Source: Eledone cirrhosa
Lineage: Eukaryota
Length of the DNA: 64,000 nt
NCBI GenBank assembly: GCA_964016885.1
Contig: OZ024755.1
Span: 41,416,001-41,480,000, forward strand
Reading direction: 5' to 3'
A model generated the notes under the pieces. That model saw only the letters and a list, made by a program, of their open reading frames with translations, did no database searches and had not been told where the DNA came from. Shown here in pieces: positions 27,301 through 39,472 of this stretch. The translations under genes and the position numbers were made by a program. Within the stretch, counting starts at the first letter, position 1. Every line of letters begins with the position of its first letter.

Positions 27301-30300
27301 CATTAGTACTCACCTATTAGTCTCTGTCTGACATACACAGCATTAGTACTCACCTATTAGTCTCTGTCTGACATACACAGCATTAGTACTCACCTATTAG
27401 TCTGTCTGACATACACAGCATTAGTACTCACCTATTAGTCTCTGTCTGACATACACAGCATTAGTACTCACCTATTAGTCTCTGTCTGACATACACAGCA
27501 TTAGTACTCACCTATTAGTCTCTGTCTGACATACACAGCATTAGTACTCACCTATTAGTCTCTGTCTGACATACACAGCATTAGTACTCACCTATTAGTC
27601 TCTGTCTGACATACACAGCATTAGTACTCACCTATTAGTCTCTGTCTGACATACACAGCATTAGTACTCACCTATTAGTCTGTCTGACATACACAGCATT
27701 AGTACTCACCTATTAGTCTGTCTGACATACACAGCATTAGTACTCACCTATTAGTCTCTGTCTGACATACACAGCATTTGTACTGACCTATTAGTCTCTG
27801 TCTGACATACACAGCATTTGTACTGACCTATTAGTCTGTCTGACATACACAGCATTAGTACTCACCTATTAGTCTCTGTCTGACAGACACAGCATTAGTA
27901 CTCACCTATTAGTCTCTGTCTGACATACACAGCATTAGTACTCACCTATTAGTCTTTAGCTGTGTTTCAGTATTAGCTGTAACCAATATATAACCGTTTA
28001 CCAGACTTGGAGAAATCAAGCTCAGCCCATCAAAAACCTAATTGTAAAGAAAACAAATAAGAATTATTATTTGAAATGTGTGCGTCCCAACACAAATGAC
28101 CATAATAATAGTCAATCACTGTAAATAAGAGTGGAGAAAATCAGGTAAAATAACCCTAGAGACGGAAAAATACCACACACACCATCATTTAATGGGTTTT
28201 TTTTCCATGCTAGCTTTGATTGTACAGGATATCACCTGACCAAGTCAGCACCCAATCAGAATGGATGTACAGGGTACCACTGACTAAGTGGTGGTGATGA
28301 TTGAAGGAAAAAAATAAATATTTTTCGAACCAGATTTTTTTTTAAAGAACTTACTTCAATTTGTAATTCATCTCGAAATTCTTTGTCTAAAACAATTTGA
28401 TTTTTTCCTTTTACTGTTGGTTTCACTCGGAGTTGCACAGTGATGATACCAGTTCCAACAGCCACCAAATTTGTAGCAAAATTGCTTTCTTTTGGTAAAT
28501 TCAGGCCAGTCTGAAAGAAAAAGAAAATTTATTAATTAACCCCACCAAAAAGCCATGCTCTCAAAATAAATCATTAACACTGTAAAGTGATGAGTAAGGA
28601 AATTCTTTGCTAAAAAGTCTAAAAGTCTATGAAAGTATAAAATGGCCTAGAAAGGACTTTGGCTTGGTTTCTACAACTGGATGCTTTTTGTCGTGACACC
28701 AACACAACCACTTTACAGTGTGGGCTGGGTGCTTTTTGCTGTGTTGCCATCACAATCACTTTATAGTGTGGGCTGGGCACATATTTGTCAAGTCGCCATC
28801 GACTTTTAGCGCTCTGCACTTTTTTTTTATACAGCTATCATCCTTCATACGCATCACATGTCCATACCAACACAACCTCCTCTCCTGCACACAGCATTTG
28901 ATTCCTCTTATGCCTATTTTCTCTCTCAATTCATTTATGCTTTGCCATTCATGTACATTACTATTACACATCCAATGGAGCATGCAGGCTTCATTTCTTT
29001 TTAATTTTCGCAAGTCTTCTGCACACAATGCCTAGGTCTCACTACCATGTAACATTGCTGTTCGTATGCACACATCATACAGTCTACCTTTCATTTTGAG
29101 GGAAAAGGCTTTTGTAGTCAGCAGTGGAAGTAACTCCCTGAACTTCTTCCATTCCGTCCTAACCCTGGTTACTATACTTTCAGAACATCCACCTCTGCTG
29201 CTAATTTAGTCACCTAGGTAGCAAAAGCTGTCTACGGTTTCTACAGAGCCTTCCCAGAATTTGGTAGTACTTGTTTCCTGTGGCTGTTTGCTGCTTACTG
29301 TCCCGGTGCAACTGCTACATGTAAAGCCTACATACTTAGCTAAACTTCCTGAGACTCACTACATTTCTTGTGTACCCATAGTTTGTATTTGGGACAGAGG
29401 ATGGAATTTCTACCTACACCTTTCCTACACAAAGCAAATTTTCCTGGGGTATCAGGGTTCTGTTTTTTCTTCTGCTTACTAGGACCTTAGTCTTTGTCAG
29501 GTAGACTTTAAGATTCCTTGTTTCTAGACCCTGCTATGAATGTAAGATCATCCACGTACAGGAGTTCCCATAGGCAGCCGGTCTTAAACTCCTCTGTTAT
29601 AGCCTGCAATATGATAACAGGAGAGGGATAAGAACAGAGCTTTGATGGCCACCAACCTGTACACTACAGTCATTATTAATCTTAATTTTGCTGACTGCTC
29701 CGCTATACATGGCTTCTACAACCTTCATAAGCCACTCATCTACTCCTTCCTAAGAGCCCACCAGATTATGGCACGGGGCAGTTAGAAGCCTTCTTGAGAT
29801 CAACAAATGCCAGATATAGCGGTTTATTTTTAGCTAGGTACTTCTGTAACTGCCTCACAAGGAAGAAAGCATCTGTGGTGTTTTTACCTGGTACAAATCC
29901 GAACTGCATCTTATCTAGTTTTACCCAGTCCCTAATCAACTGTGCTATGATTCTTTCAGTTACTTTTATGACTTGGTCCATCAGCTTTATACTTCTATAG
30001 TTTACTCTATCTAGTGCATTACCTTTACGCTTGTAGCAGTTGACAATGATGCTGCTGTGCCAATCATTTGGTATGACACCCTCTAGTATTACCTGGTTAA
30101 CAATAAGTATGGTTATGGTGTGACCTACCAACCCAGATGCTTTCAGTATCTCAGCAACTATTCCCAATGGACCGGTTGCCTTCCCAGTCTTCATATCCTT
30201 AATTACACTGCTGCTGACTTGTACAGCTGGGCCTCAATGGAGTCCACTTAGGGTAGGGTCTCTTTCTCCCAATGCAACTTTCTTTTCTGCGCCTGCAAGG

Positions 30301-33300
30301 GCAAGTGCGCCTTTATCATCCCAGACACACTTCTCACCAATGACAGATTAACCTTTTTGATATATATTGACCCAAAATTGACTGCTCATATGAAATACAA
30401 CCATCTATTTTAAAGGGTTCCTATTTAGATTAAAATCTTGCAACAAAATTTTATATAAAAACATATGCTACTATCTTAGTAATAAAATTATAATTTTAGT
30501 AAATCCCTCAAAATTCTTAATTGAAACTGAGAATATTTCAATAGAAATCTAATAACGAAGGAGTTAACCCGTACTCTAAGTCTAATGAAAATCACTGATT
30601 TTCAGATAAAATAATCAATTAGGAAGGATTTACTAATATCACTGTCTTTCTGATTATTAAGATCAGAACAAAGTTTCTTATGTAAAATTAATATAGAAGG
30701 TTTTTAGATAAATATAAACTGTTTAAATATGTTTCTTTGCCACAAGGGCACACAAGAAATGGGACATTACAAGACATGACAGCGGGGCTTTTACATAAAA
30801 TCGTGTAAAGAAGTTATAACAATGAAAATTAAACAATTGAAATCCCCAATAGAGGGGAACGTTTCTGCATGGTTGTTTTACATCCCATAGATAGATCAAC
30901 ACTAGGAGCATGTTTTGTTGGTGTTCCCATCTTCTCTTTTTTGTCCTCTTCAACCTACAGGTTTATATAGTGAAGGCCCATTCACTCAGACCAGTTTCAC
31001 CACATTCACCAACCTTTTGGCAATATACAGGAGTGTAGTTTGTTTCAGACAGTTTGATATCAGAAGGGTTTATCTATATAGCGCATTATAATAGACACAG
31101 TAATACACTGGGTATTTGCTGGCCTTGTGCCTAAAGTAGAAACAATTATAATAGACACAGCAGAGCAAAATGGTTCAGAAGTTTTGTGGATGCAAGTTAG
31201 GATATGAAAACTGTATGGAAGACTCAACTGAAGAATAAGTCATGGGTAAGTGAGGTGATTGTAGGTGGGAGGGAGAAGAGAGAAACTCCTACCTTATGGT
31301 AGACTGACTGCAATGTAGCAACCTTGCTGTTACTAACTGTCCAGGTAAAGCTTAAAGGTGGAATAGCACTACCAAATGAGAATGGGGTCACATTATCAGT
31401 GATACCAACTGCAAACATAGGCATCTGAAATGAAAGAAATAATAATTTAATAAATTTGGCAACTGGTCACAAGTTATTAACCCTTTAGCATGTACATTAC
31501 TCTATATTTACTATTTTCACGGTAAAGGCTTTACCTCACATAACATTTACATTACTCTATATTTACTATTTTCAAGGTAAAGGCTTTACCTCACATAACA
31601 TTTACATTACTCTATATTTACTATTTTCAAGGTAAAGGCTTTATTTCACATAGCATTTACATTACTCTATATTTACTATATTTTCACGGTAAAGGCTTTA
31701 TTTCACATAACATTTACATTACTCTATATTTACTATTTTCATGGTAAAGGCTTTATTTCACATAACATTTACATTACTCTATATTTACTATTTTCACGGT
31801 AAAGGCTTTACCTCACATAACATTTACATTACTCTATATTTACTATTTTCAAGGTAAAGGCTTTATTTCACATAACATTTACATTACTCTATATTTACTA
31901 TATTTTCATGGTAAAGGCTTTATTTCACATAACATTTACATTACTCTATATTTACTATTTTCACGGTAAAGGCTTTATTTCACATAATATCAAATCTATG
32001 AGATTTTGATATTATTTATTTTGATAATACCTTAACATCAGTATGAGTGGCCAGTTACGGCCAGTTTGAAGAGAAAGAGGTAATTCTGACCGGATATGGC
32101 CAGTTTAAAAACAAAGCAAAAACTATGGAAGAGACCTCCGGTAGGTTTCAATGGCGAGTATTCCAGTGGTTCAATCAACAGCACAGCTAGCTCATAAAAT
32201 TAACTGAGTGTTCATTACTGAAACTGATAGAAGATCCACCAATATAGATTTACATAGTGATTCTCTGGCAAGTTTCATTTCTACTGATGATGCTCAATAA
32301 GAACAAAACATGTATGGAATTGTAGTGACCTACATTCCGCGGGCTCACATACATTCTCTGTGCGTGATTTGGTTCAGTTCAGCCAATCAGCGCCAGTAGA
32401 AGAGGATGTATCCCTACGCGCCCTGAGGAAGAAATTCCCCGCGAAGATTTGAAGAATCTCTCGCTTGTACCAGAAACTTCGAGCCAGCAACACGCATAAT
32501 GTAACAGTGAGATATTGCACCACTAGCCTCGCCGGCTTAACGGCGCAATGGCACATTCCCTAATGTAACCTCTTTTTATCTGTAACTTCAACCCTATAAA
32601 TAAACAAACATTTCATCTCTAATTACTGCGGTTGAAGTCGTTATTATGTTACTCTTGTCTCAATGACATCTTTAATCCATGCTGCTGGAATTGGCGACCT
32701 GACGAAAGGAATATTGTAAATAGATGGTAAATAGATCGAGGGACCTTCCCTCACGTCTATGTCAACAAGATAATCCAACGAGGATACTATCACTTACCAC
32801 ACTGGCAACTAACGACCACTGATTCTACCACCCTGCTAAAGTGGCGATAACATCTATAACCAATACTGCTAAAGTTTGTATGGAATTATCTCCCATGTTT
32901 ACCAGAAATAACAATATTAAGCCTAATGTTGTTTTACTATCACTACATATTTAGACCTTATTCATTAGACATGCTTCTAACAACTCTTTATATTAACTTT
33001 ATATTCTGTAATGATTTAGCACAAAGTTTGTAAAAACAACTTTGTTAATACAAATGTTTATCTGATATTTTGTACTTTTCAAGAATGTCTTGCTAATGAG
33101 GATTCAAGTGGTACAGGACGTTGAGAATCCTCCAAACGACATCTCAAATCTATATCACTTTACACACATTTTCCATACTGGCAGGGCTTGGACTGGCAAC
33201 CATAGCCCAAGGTTAGACTGGTCAGAGAACTAATTCTTGCTCATACCTTCTAGTTTTGGCATGGTTTTATAGTTAGATGCTCTTCCTAACAACTACTTTA

Positions 33301-36300
33301 CAGAGTGTACTGGGTGTATTTTATGACACTGGTACCTCCTTACCAAGTGTACTGGGTGTATTTTATCATGACACTGGTACCACCTTACCAAGTGGACTGG
33401 GTTTATTTTATCATGACACTGGCACCACCTTACCATGTGTATTTTATCATGACATCTCTTGACAGAGTGTAAAGCAACACTACTACCTTATAAAATGGAG
33501 ACATTCTATTGTGGCACCAACACCAGTAACTACATTAAAACAGCCATTCAATGAGATAAGATCTACATGACTTATAACCATTTATATTTCACTCCTCCCC
33601 ACACATTTTCTCTTGGAATTATACTTTAGCAGTTAAATACACCTTCCTTCAAATATACACTAAAAGACCAACACGATGTCTGGGGTTGGTCTAACCCCGT
33701 AACTCCTGAGAGAGGGGCATTCTCAACCTGGTAGAGCACATCTCTCCAGGTGTGAACAGAGTAGATTTCTTCCAGAGGGAGAGAGAGAGAAAAAAAGAGA
33801 ATCAACCCCAGTACTGAACTGATACCTCTTTTTATCAGCCTCGAATGGATGAGAGTCAAAGTTGACCTTGGCAGGATTTGAACTCAGCCAGAACAAATAC
33901 CAGAAATCCTTCTATCCGACATTCTAACTCGGCCAATATGGCGCCTGTCAATGGTGGAATTAAACATAAATAGTAGAAGTACCTTCACCCACCATTCGTG
34001 GCTTTCAACTGATATAACAAATCTTGTTAGTAGTTACCTGGACAATGTTAGTGTTAGTGTTATCATTATTTATTCATACCACCTACCAGTGTACCAATCT
34101 TCAGCTGTGTCAGAGGGGAATGGATCTTCACACCAGAGAGTTTCAGTACGTAAACATCAATAGCATCCTACAAGAAATCATAAGTTAAACATTCAATAAA
34201 GATTGTTCACCAATCATTGCTCAGCAAAATATCAACTCTAAAGAACAAAAAACACAAAATAACTTCATATATATATATATATATATATATAATCATCATC
34301 ATCATCAACGTTTAACGTCCGTGTTCCACGCTTGCATGGGTTTGGACGGGGGTAGTCCCACTTGAGGCAAGAGTGATTGTCTTGCTCGCATAGGACTGTC
34401 TGGCAGGTTTTCTACAGTTGGATGCCCTTCCTAACACCAACCACATTTACAGTGTGGGACTGGGAGGTTTTTACCGTGTTGCCTACACGGCCACATTACA
34501 GCGTGGACTGTGTGTTTTTTTGTCGTGACACCTACACGATCTCATTTGTTTCGGCCTCGATGGCGCGGCACCAACATAACTTTACATAGAACGGGGTGGT
34601 GTGGATGGGGTGGGGGTGGTGGGACGGGGTGTATTTTGTTCGAGATGCCTACTGGCTGGAGTAGGTTTTACTATATATTTAGGTAAGGCGGGTCTTCTCT
34701 GTTACTGAGTACCGCCAAAGGTCTCGGTCCAGTGACATTGTCTTGGAGAGGTGTAAGTGTGTGATGTCGGAGTTTATCAGCTCGTCCCAGGTTTTTCTAG
34801 GTCTGCCTATTCCATGACTACCGTCTATCTTTATTGCCCTGCACTTTGTTATACAGCTATCGACTTTCATGCGCATCACGTGTCCATACCAACGTAGCCT
34901 TCTCTCGAGTAAACAACATCTGACCCTCTTATCTCTAATTTTTTCCTTAGTTCGTTTATGCTTTGCCGTTCACGTATATTACTGTTACACATCCAGCGGA
35001 GCATGCAAGCTTCGTTCCTCTCTAGTCTGCGTATATCCTCTGCACACAATGCCCAGGTCTCACTGCCATGCAGCATTGCTGTTCGTATGCAGGCATCGTA
35101 CAACCTGCCTTTCATTTTTAGGGAGAACCCTTTAGCAGCTAATAGTGGTATAAGCTCTCTGAACTTTTTCCAACCAGTTCTGACTCTAGCTACAGTACTT
35201 TCAGAGCACCCTCCCCCACTGCTGATTTTATCGCCCAGGTAACGGAAGCTGTCCACTATTTCTATAGAACCCTCTGCGCAATTGAAAGAGCTAGTATTTT
35301 GTGGGCACTTGCTGCTACTTATTGCACCAGAACACCGGCCACATGTAAAATCTATGTTCTTAGTTAGCTTACCTGTGATCCCACTACATCTTTTATGCAC
35401 CCATACTTTGCATTTAGGACATAAAATGGAGTTTCTACCTACGCCTTTCCTACACACCGAGCACGACCATTTCCCAGAAGGGACCGCCGCCTTGTTTTCT
35501 TTCCTACAAACTAGTACTTTGGTCTTAGCCAGGTTAATTTTAAGTCCTTTTGACTCTAGGCCGTGCTTCCATGTTTGGAATTTCTTCTCTAGCTCGGCCA
35601 TTGATTCCGCTATGAGTGTCAGGTCGTCTGCGTATAGGAGTTCCCATGGGCAGCCTGTCTTGAACTCCTCTGTTATAGCCTGAAGGGCAATAATAAAAAG
35701 TAGGGGGCTGAGAACAGAGCCCTGATGGACGCCAACTTTTACGCTAAACTCTTCACTATATTCGTTGTTAATTCTAACCTTGCTGACTGTTTCTTTATAC
35801 ATGGCTTGTATAGCCCTCACAAGCCATTCGTCAACGCCTAGTTTTCTAAGAGCCCACCAGATAATGGAGCGGGGGACTCTGTCGAAGGCTTTCTCCAAGT
35901 CGACAAAAGCTAAGTAGAGGGGTTTACCTTTAGCTAGGTACTTCTCCTGTAGTTGTCGTACTATGAAAAGAGCGTCTGTGGTACTTTTGCCTGACACAAA
36001 CCCGAACTGCATTTCATCTAGGTCAATTCTCTCTCTGATTAGTTGCGCTATTACTTTTTCCGTGACCTTCATGACCTGGTCGATTAATTTAATGCCTCTA
36101 TAGTTACTCCTATCTAGGGCGTCTCCTTTACCCTTATAACAGTTAACGATGATGCTGCTATGCCAGTCCTTCGGAACAACCCCATTCTGTACGACTTGGT
36201 TAACTATGCGGGTGACCATGGTGTGTCCCACCGTGCCAGATGCCTTCAGCATCTCAGCAACTATTTCCGAAGGCCCAGCCGCCTTACCCGTCTTCATATC

Positions 36301-38398
36301 CTTGATTGCCTTACTTATTATACTCCCCTCGACTAACACTGCTGGTCCCTCTATTGGGTCGATATGGGGGAGACCGTCTTTCTCCCATTTATTCTCCTCA
36401 TTTAGTAGCCTTTCATAGTGACACTTCCAAGCTACCTTCTTATCAGCGTCGGTGATGGCAAGTGTGCCATCGTCGTTTAGTACACACTTCTCCCCGACAA
36501 TATCACGGTTTTCCTTGACGCATTGCCTAGCAATCCTGAACACCTCACGTTTTTGGTCATCGCGTTGTAGAACATGCTTGATCTTTCTTTCCTCAGCTTC
36601 CCTTCTTGCTAAGTACACTTGTCTCCTAGCTTCCCTCCTGGCCACTTGATAGTCTTCTCTACTTCCCCCATCACGCCATACTTTCCAAGCCTGCTTTTTG
36701 GCCTTAATTGACCCCTCCACCTTACTGTTCCACCACCATGTTACTCTCCTCCTGCCTACAGGCCTGCTCCAGCCACAGACTTCGTCTGTCGCCAACAGCA
36801 GGTTTGCTTTCAGAAATTCCCACTCTCCCTCTATATTGTCCGACTCTAAATGTTCTTCCTTACTGTCGAAAGCATCAAGTAATATGCTTTGAAATTTATT
36901 CCTGGCTGTGGGGTCCTTTAGCTTCCATATTTTTCTCCTGAGGATAGTCCTCTTCTGCTGTCGAGTACGTCTCGTCCTGACTATGAGGTCGCTAATTATC
37001 AGTCTATGTTGGGAGGTGCATTCTTCATGGGGGAGGGATTTAGTGTTTACAACAGACACTCTGTCACGTCTTCTGGTAAGGATATAATCTACCTGGCTTG
37101 TGTGTTCCCCGGATCTATAGGTGATCAGGTGATTGTCACGTTTTTTGAAGTTAGTGTTACAGATAGTTAGGTTATTTGCATCACAGAATTCCAGGATTCT
37201 GGAGCCTTCCTCATTTCTAGTACCAAACCCATAGCCTCCATGGATTTCGTCGTAGCCGTCACAATGTTGTCCAACGTGACCATTTAGGTCGCCTGCGATA
37301 ATTATATAGTCACTGTCGGATATTTGGGAGGTAGTTAGCATCAGTGTCTCATAGAATCTGTCTTTTATAGTGCCGGGCAGTCCGGATTGGGGTGCGTACG
37401 CAGATATTACTGTCACCGTAGTTCTATTGAGGACAAGTCGTATTTTAATTATTCTGTCGTTCACTCTATTTACGTCTATTATCTTATCTGCCCACTTTTC
37501 TGCTACCATGATTCCTACTCCACCCAGCCCATCGTCGTTTCCCACCCAGAAAAGCTTATAACATCGTTTTTTACCCTCAATGAACCTAGCAGACTCACCC
37601 CTCCACCTGGTCTCTTGAATACAACAAACATCGACCTCCTTACGTTCAAGCATTTCTACAACCTCGTTAGCGCGACCCTTTAGGGTGCCTACATTTATGG
37701 TACCAACTCTGAAGTTTTGGATTGCGTTTGGGGGTTGTGGGTGGTGGGGGGGGCGGGGGGCGATGGGGTTATGTTAGCCGTCCGCGGTCAAAACAATGAG
37801 GAGTGCTCGCATTCTCGTCCAAGAGGTGAATTTGTCTTTATCTTTGGCATTGTCGCTGAGCGTCCAGATTTTTCTCTCTCTCTCCTCCACTCTCCAGGAT
37901 TCCGCAGTCCATCCATCCATCATATATCGAAAGGCAACCAGGCAAGCGATAGTATAGGCCTCTGGCTTCTGATTGGTCCGCGCAATAATACTGGTGATGC
38001 GTGGGGGCTCTGGCTTATGATTGGTCCACGTAATAGCAATGGTGGTGCGTGGGGGCGGGAGGGAGGGGTGTTGGGTAGCTAGCTAGATAGAAGGTAATGA
38101 TTGAATGGGGTCCTTGCATTTAACAAGCGATTAACAAAAATACAAAATTTGTTCTGTTCAATACGACCAAAAACTTTCGTATTTAACAATTAATAAATAC
38201 AAAAAATGTAGATTGTTTTAGCGATAGATTGGCTATTTGGACTTGATACGAAATATGAATTGTTTTGAAAATACGCTAGAATTAGGAAATGGGGAATTTA
38301 GGATTTGTGGAGGTAGAGATGAAGGAAAATCATTACGTTACATGAATATCGTGGGGTAGACAGCAAAGCAATGAAATTTGGCGAAGTGAATTCCTATC

Positions 38399-38434
<36 letters not shown>

Positions 38435-38970
38435 GGGGGGGGGGGCGCATGATGGTTGTGTGTGTTAGGCGTTTGACCGCCCCATGCCTTCGAAGTAGCG
38501 GGTGGGGGGGGTCGAGTGTAAAGTGTAAGCGGGAGTTTCGAAAGAAGGAAGAAGGAAGGGATTTTGTTTTTTTTTTTTTGTTTTGAAAATACGCTAGAAT
38601 TAGGGATTGAGGTTTGAAAATACGCTAGGAATTAAGGTTTGAAAATACGCTAGATTAGATAGAAGGTAATGATTGAATGGGGTCCTTGCATTTAACAAGC
38701 GATTAACAAAAATACAAAATTTGTTCTGTTCAATACGACCAAAAACTTTCGTATTTAACAATTAATAAATACAAAAAATGTAGATTGTTTTAGCGATAGA
38801 TTGGCTATTTGGACTTGATACGAAATATGAATTGTTTTGAAAATACGCTAGAATTAGGAAATGGGGAATTTAGGATTTGTGGAGGTAGAGATGAAGGAAA
38901 ATCATTACGTTACATGAATATCGTGGGGTAGACAGCAAAGCAATGAAATTTGGCGAAGTGAATTCCTATC

Positions 38971-39004
<34 letters not shown>

Positions 39005-39432
39005 GGGGGGGGGGCGCATGATGGTTGTGTGTGTTAGGCGTTTGACCGCCCCATGCCTTCGAAGTAGCGGGTGGGGGGGTCGAGTGTAAGCGGGAGTTTC
39101 GAAAGAAGGAAGAAGGAAGGGATTTTGTTTTTTTTTTTTGTTTTGAAAATACGCTAGAATTAGGGATTGAGGTTTGAAAATACGCTAGGAATTAAGGTTT
39201 GAAAATACGCTAGATTAGATAGAAGGTAATGATTGAATGGGGTCCTTGCATTTAACAAGCGATTAACAAAAATACAAAATTTGTTCTGTTCAATACGACC
39301 AAAAACTTTCGTATTTAACAATTAATAAATACAAAAAATGTAGATTGTTTTAGCGATAGATTGGCTATTTGGACTTGATACGAAATATGGATTGTTTTGA
39401 AAATACGCTAGGAAGGGATTTTTTTTTTTTTT

Positions 39433-39472
<40 letters not shown>

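Larger units (their letters stand above)
34292..39438 (-). mobile_element. Near-full-length RTE-clade non-LTR retrotransposon inserted in a (TA)n tract
   Basis: Single APE+RT ORF, ~390-bp 3'UTR, (GAT)n tail, ~1.7-kb 5' region with tandem monomers, (TA)n on both flanks. Confidence 0.95.

Noticed and set aside
13638-27955. CRISPR-like array of ~40-bp repeats
   Set aside because: Head-to-tail units with no unique spacers, no cas genes, and an eukaryotic intron context.
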